NCBI GenBank assembly: GCA_964187785.1
Contig: OZ076409.1
Span: forward strand, 31,992,001-32,056,000
Origin: Amphiscolops sp. MND2022
Lineage: Eukaryota
DNA: 64,000 nucleotides
Reading direction: 5' to 3'
The position numbers and the translations under genes are program-made. Shown here piece by piece: positions 37,757-51,048 of the stretch. The notes below the pieces were generated by a model, which was not told where the DNA came from, did not search any database, and saw only the letters and a list, made by a program, of their open reading frames with translations. Positions within the stretch are counted from its first letter, which is position 1, and each line of letters opens with the position of its first letter.

Positions 37757-40700
37757 AAAAGTGACTTTTGATGACTTTTATTCACCGCAACTTGACTTAA
37801 TTACCAGTCTGTGCTAATGTCTATGCGGTATTATGCAGTTCGAGCATTACCACATACTCATCAATGTGCGTTTTTATCAAGCTCACTATGCGACATCCTA
37901 CCGTTCGAGGTGTGACGAGTAATCGTCATTGTACTTCACAACACTATGCGTCACCCTGCGTTTTCAGCAGTGTTAGCTATAAAATATCAGTATTGCTACA
38001 GTGATTCGAATAGCGTTCAAGGTAATCATTTGTACGATCATTTGTACTATTTATAGAGTTCTAGGGTCGTTGTGCTCTATATTTCTTGAGATATAAATAG
38101 TTTGACGTTCCTGACGTAATTCTCTTTTTATAAATCCCTGTATGATTTCCATAAAAAGCGGTGTCATGGTCCCCATTTTCCTCGGGTTAGAAGCGCAGTA
38201 AATAGGGAGATTCATTCGAAAATTAATCTTCACAACATTCAGTTGTGCAAAATTGCCACCAAAATCAGCTCTGTAAACGCAGTTTTTCATCAATTGTTCT
38301 ATCACTTCTCTTTTGGATTTGGAAATACATGAGAGATGGGAAACAAGAGACACAGAAGGTCTAGAAGGCTGGAAACCCCATCTCTTGACAGAGAGATAGA
38401 TGGAACACAGGTAGAAACCTCAATCACAGGTAAGGAAACCCAAACTAATTCTAATACAGGTGTTCGAGAAGATAGGTGAATCAAACTCAGAAAATCAGTT
38501 GACTGAGCCCAGTCAGTTCAGCAGTGAAATCCAAGTTTGGACCCACATAATGAACCAAAAGAATGATGATAAGATTGAAAAGATGAGACAGGAAATGGAT
38601 AAAAAACTCGAAGCGATTTTGAAAGAAGTTAAATCCAATAAAACTGCGTCAACAGCAACAAACCCAAGGTCAGACATCAATGAAATTCAAGTTTTACAAC
38701 CTTCGGTAGCCAAAACAAATAGGTCTACTGGAGTTTCCGCATCTAATATTAAAAACACAGACTCTGAGAACGATGATTATCCTCTAAAAGCTTCAAAAAT
38801 GAAGGACTTGAAACATGCCGCAAAAGCATTGTTTCAAAACGAATCGGATGTAGACGTAACAATACATTCAAAAGAAGAATCCGAGGTAGAGGATTATCAC
38901 ACAAAGAAATGATCTTCCTGAACTTTGTGAGAAGATGGAGTGGCAGTGTATTGTTGATGTTACTACACTCATTCAGAACGGTAAACGTGTCCACCCTTTG
39001 CTACAAAATCATGTGGAACGTCTTTGTAGTGGTTTGGATTGAGCAAATTGACAGGTTTTGCTGAAACAGTTAAGCAGTTTCTTTCAGAATGCCTAAAGAT
39101 GTATAGATTTCGGAAGGAAAAATTATTCGCAAAAGCGCAAAGGTATTTGGGTATCCAAACTTGATGTCAGTATTTACTATGTAGTGAGGAATTCAGTAGT
39201 TTAATATACAGAGTCCGACTTTTATTAGCCTGGAACCTCTGAAATCCACTCTTGAAAATGTCTGATAATGTTTTCACTATAAGTATATGGTTTTTCCTAA
39301 TATGGTGGTACAGCGAAAACAAACATACAGAAACTTGAAACAGTGCAGGGACGAATCAAATGAGCTGTTTGCTTCAAAAGAATGCGAGTCTTCTTTGTAG
39401 CAGTTTGAGTTCTTTCTATTCGAAAGTATACAGAAGTTGTTTCGCAGATTCCAAAAGAGTCTCGGTTGCACGTATTCGATGTCGACAAATCATGTGAGGT
39501 AATTAACACCCGTAGATGTCAAAATGTCTTGATTGATATCATATCTAGTAGAGCGGCTGGCGAAACTGCTGCTCTTTTTGCGTCCTCGTTCTAATTGCGT
39601 CTCTTCATCGATTAATTTTCTTGAGGTTTTGATTATTTTCATAATAATTCTAACTTATTCAATAAAATTACCTGTTCTGTTCTTTTGTAATGTTGATGTA
39701 ACGACAAGCCATAGCCGTTCAATATGAAGTAGGAGGAACTCGTGACATGGGAATGTGCCCCTGACATTATGCCTCCTGGGGTAAGAATCGTCCCGTCTTC
39801 TGGGGCTCGCTGGCTTGTTCTAGTCTGTTATTGCCAACAGCAACGTCATTTCGCTTTTCTCCCGGAACCACCGCTTAGCTGGCTGAATTAGGTTGATTTC
39901 TCTGGTTGATTCAAGACAATCGATTCTTCTCTGTTGGTGCTGTTGGCACAAGGGTTGCCCAAAGGCAAAACCTGGTCCGCAGTTCGGAAATCCGAAGTAG
40001 GCTCGTCTAGAGTTGCTTGGGCTGATAGAAAGGTTGTGGACATTCCGGTTTTGTCACTTATGCTGAAACTGTCTTTCCTGATCCGAAATACCCATACCAG
40101 AAAATTCTATGGTTATCAGGTTGGCTTTGGTGCCTTTCACGGCTTTCATACATGATGTGGTCGGCACGGCTTGCACCTTTGTGCTAGGTTTAGGTTTAAC
40201 GTGCACACAGGAACATTGGGAATCTGGTACAACAGTTTTGAACTCAATTAGACAGGTGGTGCTACTGATTCTGTCGATTTCAAAGCTAGATTCTTTGTAG
40301 CTTGCGTCATTGACGTTTCTGTCTCCTCGAACAGGTCTCTGACTTTACCCCCCAAGGTGTTGGGGTTGACTTTTTGCAAAACGCTGCTCATCGATTGAAT
40401 TTGGGAACACATCTCGTGCATCTGTGTTTCCATGCGATTTCACGTTGCCAAAATGTCTTTCTTCTCGGCAAATCGATACTTCATAGCTGTAACGGCTGCT
40501 TGACCTTATTGCTGAGGCTTGACAAACTTTACGCCGCCTGATCCGTTGCTTAGTACTGTGGACCGTCACTAAACAATTCCTGGTTTTCTTGTTTTTAGAG
40601 GACTGTATCTTTTGGCTGGTCGGTGCGAAGTGACCCGTAGGAATCTCCTGCGATCCCCCTTTGCACTCGTTTGGATCCGATGTGATCAGTAACACACTTC

Positions 40701-41119
40701 CCTCACTGTATCTTTACGCGCTCCGGCTCTCCAACTATGAGAGTAGCTACTTAGTTGCTCTAACTCTAGTGAAAAGTTGTGAAGATTGAGAAGTTGATTA
40801 ATTAGTCTCTTGGTCCTAAGACCCAACTTGACTATAGCTATTCAGTCGTGAAAATCTCTTTCTAATAATGGTATACATATTTTTTAAAATTCTACAGTAA
40901 ATATTGAGCAAATATAAATAAGTACAAATAAATGACAATTAAAGCCTAATATGAAGTTATTAGCTATGTAAACAAACAATGTGGTGTTTTGGCATGTTGG
41001 TTAGGTGGGCTAGAAAGTATGTTTACACAATGTAAATATCATCAATTCCAACAGAGTTACATTTTCTTCAATGTCATATGAGAAAATCACATAAGAATTA
41101 ATACATCAAAATGTGTACT

Positions 41120-41700
41120 TCATGGGGTTCGACCTAGGTCACTTTGGGTGTTAATTACTCGCAACCCATGGAAGATACGGGGTTCGGTGTTCCGAGTGAA
41201 AAGTTGAGCTAGCAACTCTAGTTTCTACCTGCGAAGCTTCAGGGTTATTGGTCAAGTGCTTCTGTGAAAGGTGGTGGTGTTATTTTACACGAGGCCAAGT
41301 TTGCTAAAAGTTGTAATTTTCCAACTGGAATCTTGGTAAAATTTCTAAGTTTTCTGAGTTATAAGTTTCATCAGTCACGGTCGAATTTGAGTTTCTGATC
41401 TCGCAATTGACTGGCGCCAACAAAAGCACTCATATAAGCCATTTGGGCATCTTGTCCCTCCATATGTCTTTCCGTAGACATTTGAAGTTCCATCTGAAGT
41501 GCCTCAATGTCAGCGGTAATTGCTTCATTCTCGCAGCTGCACTCAGCTTTGCTCCCAGTCAATTGAGTGGCTGCCTGCCTTGCTTCCACTTGCGAGTCCA
41601 GTGTTGCTTTACGAGCGACCGCTGCCTAATGTACCGCCCGATACGCAGAAGATCTATTCAAAGCTCTGGACTGAGGTGATAATGATGCGCCATGAGGTGC
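41120..41700 (-). pseudogene. Retrotransposon gag N-terminal fragment (coiled coil and EPRIFHG)
   Basis: ORF 41371-41589 is coiled-coil-like; EPRIFHGL near 41180 resembles the P..F.G start of a gag capsid. Confidence 0.4.
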
Positions 41701-42353
41701 GGTAGTCGTGGTTTGTGCCAGTATTTCAGAGAGTTTTACTGCGTGCCTTTCCTTTACAATCACTTTTTATCAATGGTTGCAACTTACACCTGATGCGTTC
41801 CTCTCTTCTACACCCTATAAAAGTTTTTTGAAAGTTTTTTTCACGTCTTGAGTACACTAAGCAGCATGTAAAGCAACTTAGTAGTGCTTGAACTTTGTTC
41901 CAGTTCACGGTCAACTCACGGTCGAAAAACAACAGAAGAATTTGCTGGCAAATCCTGCATATAATGTCAACCGACTCACGGTGGAGACAAAAAAACTAAC
42001 TGAGGAAATCACTGAAAAATCATTCCATATAATTTTTGGGGTGAAATTTTATCACCAACTAGTGAACGCACGCATAACATTGTAATTTTAGTTCAACGTG
42101 CAATCAGATGTTTTAAAACAGGCGTTGAAGATTTAATTAAACAGCGTGCGGATCAGTAATACCATGAGAAAAATGTTGCAAGATTAGTTTGATTGAGGTT
42201 GAAGTTGAGGCTAAAATTGAGACGTGTCAGAAGACGCAACGGGCAGGAAACTGAAGCACAAAGGAACGTATATTGATAGTCTTTCGGCGTCATCATTGTC
42301 GACGAATTGATAAACCATTGATACGCTCAATTTCATTGTCTACAAGTTTAGAA

Positions 42354-45199
42354 ATGTCAGAATTTGAAAAATTCAGTCTACCACTAGATGAAGGGAAAGA
42401 ATGCATTGATTCCAAAATTTTAGACTTTATATCAGGACACACGTTACAAAATTGTCAACGGAAACTTACTTCAATTGTTGCTGAAATGGTCGTAGGGACC
42501 ACTCTGAAGACATTCGATCTTATTCAGAAATTACCAATTAAAGGGCAGCCCCAGGGATCTGTTTTTGTTGCATCGAAAATAATGAAACTTTTAATTGTGC
42601 GAGGCTATAGAGACTTACCTTGGAACGAGAAGAGAAGAGAATTCGTTGCAAAATATTTTAACACCAATTTTTTTCCCGACGTCGGTACTTTTACGAATGA
42701 TAAATTTTCTTCTCAACATGGGATGGTTATAATATTACGCAGTTGCAACTCAAAAAGTGTCAAAGAACTATTAAGAAAACTTTTTGGACCCAAGTCTTGA
42801 ATTTTGCTAGAATGCATGGTATACATATTCACGTATTAGCCACAATTCTCAAAGAACAGCATCAGAAACGTAGCGCGTGGCGGAAAAGGAGCGCAAGCGG
42901 TAATCACATTCGAGACTTGTTCACGGGTCTTTTGGAGGACAGGGGCTACTCCGAGTGCTTTAGGTACAAACGTTCAATCAAAATGAAAACTGGAAACATA
43001 GAAGATATCCTCAATGCAATTCGACAACAGCTAGTTTCGGTTGACTTAGGAGGCGGTTGCCTAGTACCGTCAATTCGTCACATCAATAGAGCGACTAGCC
43101 TCATAATGAAATTGTTTGTTACAATATGCGAGCCTGAGCGAACCTATTCTGGATTTCGAGTCAATTTACTGGAAGCAGTGACGTTTGCGTCATTAGTTTT
43201 ACTGCAAAAAATCAATCTTGAAGGCCTTAAAACTGATATTTGGGGTGACGGTTGTGAAATAGGGGAGTTGAGGTAACGCGTCTAGCATTCAGAATTTTGA
43301 ACACCACAGTTAGCAGCCAATCATCGAAAGCTGTCTTCTGTTTTGCATCCTATCGTGGCCAAGATGGCCGATGTGCAATGGAACACATTTTTGGACCGTC
43401 TATCCTGGGTAAGCAAGAATCTGGATGGCTATACTGAACGTTCAACTGAACGTTCAAGTTCTCATCCCTCACAACTTCCGATATTTGTATGCGATAAAAA
43501 TTGCCTCCCCACCTGGTGCTCAGATGTCGATGAAAGACGCACATTTTTGAAGATCCCATTCAGACAACATGTTCCTAGAGAAGCATTATCAAGCATAATC
43601 GATGTCAGAACAGCCTGCCCAGACGCTACACACATGATAACGCGTTGCACCGAGAATGATATTAGAAAAGTGGCTCAGAAGGCAATTAACGACAAACATC
43701 TCCGGGAAACTTTAGGCATACAGCGCTTTGAAAAAAAGCTGACCAGCCGAGAAGCTAAATGACCGTCTTTTCAGTTCAATATTACCCACAAAAACCTAGG
43801 TAAAATAACCAGGAACAGTAGGACCACTGTCATTAGCGGGGTCGAATGCACTCACAGTTATAGCTGAAACAGAGAACTTAGAAATGCTCAACTTGGAACA
43901 ATCACGAACCTTTATAACGGAGTTTGGACGACAGAGACACGTCTTGGAAGTGAGGATGGATACAACTTGGGGGCTGCAAAAGTACTGAAGTCTTTACATC
44001 CACATTTATTTGACAAACGGGACCCCATAAATCCAAGAAACGAAGAAAGATATATGTCAGTGTTTGAAGCTTGTGAGCTTCAACGACAAAGTTTAAACCA
44101 GTGTGCTATTCTGTTGAGAAGTCAGGGAACATTTGATGTCGACACTCACAAACGATGGGCTGAAACATACTTTCAAATTAATTTGCTTCTCTTCGGGCGA
44201 AAGGGGTTGTCACCATACAAACTCAAGCTTCCATTGATAGCCCAACTAGTTGAAAGGGGATACATTGAGAGGCCATGGAATCACCTCTGAGAAGGCTTGG
44301 AAAAATCGAACCACAATGCCAACAGAAATTTTGAATCCTGAACCACGAGAGGCGGTGTCTCCATTTATCATCAAGATCCATTATTTCCGGATACTGCGGT
44401 TTCATTTTGCCGGTTCCTGGATATTTCTCCAACAATTTCCGAAAAAAATATCCAATGTCATTGAACATGTAAGAAAAACACTCACGACTGAAGAGACTCT
44501 CGAGGGTGTCAAAACTTATCTAGACATATGTAGAGCTCCCCTGGCGGTACTCTGCCTTGCTGTTGGCGAAACGAGAGAATTTTGCGACCTTCTAAGAGGA
44601 TTGAGATTTACAATGGTAGATAGGTTCAAGCGTGGTCTCACACAGGATTTCCTCAAAGATAAAAATTCCGAAATGGGAGGTGTCGTTTATGAGAAAGAAA
44701 ACGCAGAGAACCTAATGAAATCCCTTTCAAATATCTTGAATTTTTACGTTATTGTCAAAGATGAAGAGAACCTTATTAATGCGACCGGCGAAAAACATCA
44801 ATTGAAAGCCATGGGAACAAAACTGAAGCTCCATAGACATTGTTCCGCGAACGAGTTGTCAACAGTGAAAATGAAAATTTTGCAACAAAAAAGAAGTTAT
44901 CTTCAGCAGCTTTGGCCTGCAAAAGATTTGCGTCGGGGGGGTTTGATGTTAATCACTGTTGATTACGTACTCAAAATGAAAAAATCTACCGTATTTCTAG
45001 ACCCTGAAATATATATATCATAATGTCTGGACTCTTGATCAACCGGATGAAAATTAATGACATGCGACCACTCTTAATGGATCAAATAGATGATAACAAA
45101 TCAATAGAGAATACTTCTGCCATTGTTGCATTGAAAAAAATCCGAAACGCCTTAGTGAAACTTAACAAATTTCGAGCTGATGATCGTCTTTCAATGTAA
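42354..45199 (+). pseudogene. RAG1/Transib-like DDE transposase with C-terminal BRCT-like domain, frameshifted
   Basis: DIWGDGCEIG/GVEVTRLAFRIL...SSQSSKAVFCF (cf. RAG1 D600 SCDG...RFSF); CPDATHMITRCTE (cf. DALH/DELH); SPYKLKL...ERGYIERPWNHL*EGLEKSNH (cf. TNYFHK...EGNESGN, E962); tail LRGLRFTMVDRF...EMGGVVY...VDYVL...LDPEIY. Confidence 0.7.
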
Positions 45200-48100
45200 T
45201 TTTTGCAAGTGCTTGTTCATTACTTGATTTTGAAGACATATACTTTTATCTTTGCTTGTGGTAATAAATTAGCTTTTGAACAATTTTTTCTCGGAAATTT
45301 AGAAGAAACTCATTTATTGAAAACTAAAAAAGGATTTCTCAAAAAAGTAGCAGTTTTTCGACCTTTATAGCAACTGGTAAAACTTTGGCGGTCCTTTTCA
45401 CATTTGGGGTGGTAAATAAAACAGTTTGAAAAATGAAGTCCGGAGCGTGCTGAAACCACGTAGTTTTCTAACAAGTGGGATGGTTACAGGAGTAAAAAAA
45501 CACCAGTTTTGTAAAAATTTGAAATCCTGAATAGTCTTGAATTTTATTGCAGTGAATTCCACTCTTTTGGAAAGCGTTCCTTGTACTGAAAAAAGCAGTT
45601 AGTGGAATTGAAAAACACATACAAGTACATTGACAGTGGATTCCACAATCAAATGCTTAATTATTAGCAAAACAATCCAAAGGGGTCTTTTCAGTGAATT
45701 ACAGTTCTAAATAGATTTAAATTTCTATTGCAGTCGATTCCACTAGTCTGGAAAGTTTTCTTCACCCTGCGAAAAGTGATATGTGGAATCGACTAACGTA
45801 TTCCAAAACATTGACAGTGGATTTCACAAACGAATGCTTAAACATTTGCAAACCAATTCAAAAGGGGTATGTACAGCAAAACGAATGACATCAGGCTACA
45901 TTAATTAAAATTAACAATTAACGCACTCATAGTCACGACGAAAGAAATCATGAACGAATTTAATGATCAAAATAATCATAAGTTCCAATAATAGAAAACT
46001 TTGATTACGTTTGTCCTAAAAAAATGTGACTTCAGAGAAGTTGTCCAATAAAATAGGTTTTCGCAAGACGTGTGCAACGTTCATCTATCTAAAGTGCATT
46101 TAAAAAACTTTTGGTAGGTCAAAAGTTGAATCATTTTGTGTTCTAGAAGGAGTCTGCTCTCTTTCCGTTTTTCATTTTGCTTAAATATGTTTCCTTTTGT
46201 TTACCATTCATTTGTTCAAATGTATTCATTCACTCAGCACAATTGGAATGAATCTGAAGAAAGTGTCAATTTGGTAAACTTGTTTGTAGTTGTAGCGTCA
46301 TAAAAAAACTGTTACAAAAGTTCACGGAACCGAGAATGCTAATTCGATTTTGAATGGCTGCCAAAGTGGATGTAGGAAATGTTTTTCTAGTTCAGGAAAT
46401 TGATTCTCTGTCGTTCGATCTTTCAATTCAACCGCTTGCTAGTTTCGCTAATTTCAACCGCTGGCCAACTTAATTCAAAAAGCCTTCTTTAAGCCTTTGC
46501 CTGACCTTTGTCATACTAGTTTTTAAAATCAATATCCTTATACGTTGCCTGCTTCCTCTGTTCATATTGGTTAGTGTCTTTTTTTTAATGTTTTACCTCT
46601 ACAATTAGGGATACGAAATAAAAATGTTAGTTACAGTTGAAAAACTTTGTGCATCCACCGTCAGTAGAAAAAGAGTCAGTTGTAGAAGTTTTTTGGTACA
46701 CACCGTGAGTAAAGTTTTGTTCTGCTTTTGTATAGAAATTTTTTGTATCCACCGTGAGTGGTGGAAAAAACCTGAGTTTGTATAGAAAAAAGTTGGTACA
46801 CACTGTCAGTAAACAGTCCTCTTGAATTTCCATAGGGAAAGTTTCGTTTCCCCCGAGTAGAAAAACAAATCTGAGTTTGAACTGCCATCTTCTTTGAACA
46901 GGCCTGAGTGAAAAACTGTTCACCATTTGTAGAAGCAACTTTTCGTTTCCACAGTGAGTAGAAGTAAAAAGCCCCCCAGCATGTTTACTCTCCCCCCCCT
47001 CAATTCGTTAAGGAGTGAGTCAAAGGAAATGAGTCTTTCAATGTAATTTTTGCAAGTGCTTGTTCATTACTTGATTTTGAAGACTTATACGTTTATCTTT
47101 GCTTGTGGTAATAAATTAGCTTTTGAACAATTTTTTCTGGGAAATTTAAAGAAACTCATTTATTGAAAACTAAAAAAGGATTTCTCAAAAAAGTAGCAGC
47201 TTTTCGACCTTTATAGCAACTGGTAAAACTTTGGCGGTCCTTTTCACATTTGGGGTGGTAAATAAAACAGTTTGAAAAATGAAGTCCGGAGCGTGCTGAA
47301 ACCACGTAGTTTTCTAACAAGTGGGATGGTTACAGGAGTAAAAAAACACCAGTTTTGTAAAAATTTGAAATCCTGAATAGTCTTGAATTTTATTGCAGTG
47401 AATTCCACTCTTTTGGAAAGCGTTCCTTGTACTGAAAAAAGCAGTTAGTGGAATTGAAAAACACATACAAGTACATTGACAGTGGATTCCACAATCAAAT
47501 GCTTAATTATTAGCAAAACAATCCAAAGGGGTCTTTTCAGTGAATTACAGTTCTAAATAGATTTAAATTTCTATTGCAGTGGATTCCACTAATCTGGAAA
47601 GTGTTCTTCACCCTGTGAAAAGTGATATGTGGAATCGACTAACGTATTCCAAAACATTGACAGTGGATTCCACAAACGAATGCTTAAACATTTGCAAACC
47701 AATTCAAAAGGGATATGTACAGCAAAACGAATGACATCAGGCTACATTAATTAAAATTAACAATTAACGCACTCATAGTCACGACGAAAGAAATCATGAA
47801 CGAATTTAATGATCAAAATAAACATAAGTTCCAATAATAGAAAACTTTGATTACGTTTGTCCTAAAAAAATGTGACTTCAGAGAAGTTGTCCAATAAAAT
47901 AGGTTTTCGCAATACGTGTGCAACGTTCATATATCTAAAGTGCATTTAAAAAACTTTTGGTAGGTCAAAAGTTGAATCATTTTGTGTTCTAGAAGGAGTC
48001 TGCTCTCTTTCCGTTTTTCATTTTGCTTAAATATGTTTCCTTTTGTTTACCATTCATTTGTTCAAATGTATTCATTCACTCAGCACAATTGGAATGAATC

Positions 48101-50715
48101 TGAAGAAAGTGTCAATTTGGTAAACTTGTTTGTAGTTGTAGCGTCATAAAAAAACTGTTACAAAAGTTCACGGAACCGAGAATGCTAATTCGATTTTGAA
48201 TGGCTGCCAAAGTGGATGTAGGAAATGTTTTTCTAGTTCTGGAATTTGATTCTCTGTCGTTCGATCTTTCAATTCAACCGCTTGCTAGTTTCGCTAATTT
48301 CAACCGCTGGCCAACTTAATTCAAAAAGCCTTCTTTAAGCCTTTGCCTGACCTTTGTCATACTAGTCTTTAAAATCAATCTCCTTATACGTTGCCTGCTT
48401 CCTCTGTTCATAATGGTTAGTGTCTTTTTTAATGTTTTACCTCTACAATTAGGGATACGAAATAAAAATGTTAGTTACAGTTGAAAAACTTTGTGCATCT
48501 ACCGTCAGTAGAAAAAGAGTCAGTTGTAGAAGTTTTTTGGTACACACCGTGAGTAAAGTTTTGTTCTGCTTTTGTATAGAAATTTTTTGTATCCACCGTG
48601 AGTGGTGGAAAAAACCTGAGTTTGTATAGAAAAAAGTTGGTACACACTGTCAGTAAACAGTCCTCTTGAATTTCCATAGGGAAAGTTTCGTTTCCCCCGA
48701 GTAGAAAAACAAATCTGAGTTTGAACTTCCATCTTCTTTGAACAGGCCTGAGTGAAAAACTGTTCACCATTTGTAGAAGCAACTTTTCGTTTCCACCGTG
48801 AGTAGAAATAAAAAGCCCCCAGCATGTTTACTCTCCCCCCTCAATTCGTTAAGAAGTGAGTCAAAGGAAATGAGATTTTCAATGTAAATTTTGCAAGTGC
48901 TTGTTCATTACTTGATTTTGAAGACTTATACGTTTATCTTTGCTTGTGGTAAAAAAATTAGCTTTTGAACAGTTTTTTCTCGGAAATTTAGAAGAAACTC
49001 ATTTATTGAAAACTAAAAAAAGTAATTCTCAAAAAAGTAGCAGTTTTTCGACCTTTATAGCAACTGTTAAAACTTTGGCGGTCCTTTTCACATTTGGGGT
49101 GGTAAATAAAACAGTTTGAAAAATGAAGTCCGGAGCGTGCTGAAACCACGTAGTTTTCTAACAAGTGGGATGGTTACAGGAGTAAAATACACCAGTTTTG
49201 TAAAAATTTGAAATCCTGAATAGTCTTGAATTTTATTGCAGTGAATTCCACTCTTTTGGAAAGCGTTCCTTGTACTGAAAAAAGCAGTTAGTGGAATTGA
49301 AAAACACATACAAGTACATTGACAGTGGATTCCACAATCAAATGCTTAATTATTAGCAAAATAATCCAAAGGGGTCTTTTCAGTGAATTACAGGTTAAAT
49401 AGATTTAAATTTCTATTGCAGTGGATTCCACTAATCTGGAAAGTTTTCTTCACCCTGCGAAAAGTGATATGTGGAATCGACTAACGTATTCCAAAACATT
49501 GACAGTGGATTCCACAAACGAATGCTTAAACATTTGCAAACCAATTCAAAAGGGGTATGTACAGCAAAACGAATGACATCAGGCTACATTAATTAAAATT
49601 AACAATTAACGCACTCATAGGCACGACGAAAGAAATCACGAACGAATTTAATGATCAAAATCAACATAAGTTCCAATAATAGAAAACTTTGATTACGTTT
49701 GTCCTAAAAAAATGTGACTTCGGAGAAGTTGTCCAATAAAATAGGTTTTCGCAAGAAGTGTGCAACGTTCATATATCTAAAGTGCCTTTGTAAAATTTTT
49801 GGTAGGTCAAAAGTTGAATCATTTTGTGTTCTAGAAGGAGTCTGCTCTCTTTCCGTTTTTCATTTTGCTTAAATATGTTTCTTTTTGTTTACCATTCATT
49901 TGTTCAAATGTATTCATTCACTCAGCACAATTGGAATGAATCTGAAGAAAGTGTCAATTTGGTAAACGTGTTTGTAGTTGTAGCGTCATAAAAAAACTGT
50001 TACAAAAGTTCACGGAACCGAGAATGCTAATTCGATTTTGAATGGCTGCCAAAGTGGATGTAGGAAATGTTTTTCTAGTTCTGGAATTTGATTCTTTGTC
50101 GTTCGATCTTTCAATTCAACCGCTTGCTAGTTTCGCTAATTTCAACCGCTGGCCAACTTAATTCAAAAAGCCTTCTTTAAGCCTTTGCCTGACCTTTGTC
50201 ATACTAGTCTTTAAAATCAATCTCCTTATACGTTGCCTGCTTCATCTGTTCATAATGGTTAGTGTCTTTTTTTAATGTTTTACCTCTACAATTAGGGATA
50301 CGAAATCAAAATGTTAGTTACAGTTGAAAAACTTCGTGCATCCACCGTCAGTAGAAAAAGAGTCAGTTGTAGAAGGAGTTTTTTGGTACACACCGTGAGC
50401 AAAGTTTTGTTCTGCTTTTGTATAGAAATTTTTTGTATCCACCGTGAGTGGTGGAAAAAACCTGAGTTTGTATAGAAAAAAGTTGTAACACACTGTCAGT
50501 AAACAGTCCTCTTGAATTTCCATAGGGAAAGTTTCCGAGTAGAAAAACAAATCTGAATTTGAACTGCCATCTTCTTTGAACAGGCCTGAGTGAAAACTGT
50601 TCACCATTTGTAGAGGCAACTTTTTGTTCCCACCGTGAGTAGAAATAAAAAGCCCCCAGCATGTTTACTCTCCCCCCTCAATTCGTTAAGAAGTGAGTCA
50701 AAGGAAATGAGTCTT
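45186..50715. repeat. Three tandem copies of a ~1.84-kb unit (45186-47032, 47033-48873, 48874-50715)
   Basis: Unit starts GTCTTTCAATGTAATTTTTGCAAGTGC at 45186 and 47033, with a variant at 48874; each unit ends GTCAAAGGAAATGA; non-coding. Confidence 0.95.
45545..45880. repeat. ~180-bp tandem repeat with palindromic GTGGAWTCCAC cores (present in each triplicated unit)
   Basis: ATTGCAGTG.ATTCCAC...ACATTGACAGTGGATT.CAC...AAAGGGGT, two units. Confidence 0.8.
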
Positions 50716-51048
50716 ATACTACGATTCTTACCGTATAATGATTGAAATGGTGATGGGTGTTCATTACGAAGTGAATCATTAGGAAGTGAGTCATATACTA
50801 CGATTCTAATCCTGACAAATAAAGTATTGGGGGATACTTTCTAAGAAGTAGGTTTGGGGGATAACAGAAAAGACCCGAATTCGATCTTCATATCTCAATT
50901 TAAGAGTGAGCAATCCAATATTTTATGGTTCTGATGTCAAAGATCAATTCTTTTTGATACTCATACATATATTTACATAACAATTGAAAAAATCAGTACT
51001 TGCGCAAAACTTCAAGGTGAAACTATAGTGTTGTGCTTGTTTCTAAAG

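Larger units (their letters stand above)
34401..41118. repeat. Tandem duplication, period 3368 bp (34401-37750 and 37769-41118)
   Basis: Both starts TGATGACTTTTAT and both ends CATCAAAATGTGTAC are offset by 3368; ORF translations in the two copies are nearly identical. Confidence 0.95.

Noticed and set aside
46627-50662. Repeated ~100-aa ORFs (46627-46938, 48471-48782, 50314-50619 and overlaps)
   Set aside because: They lie in the motif-rich triplicated non-coding unit, shift frame between copies and have no domain features.
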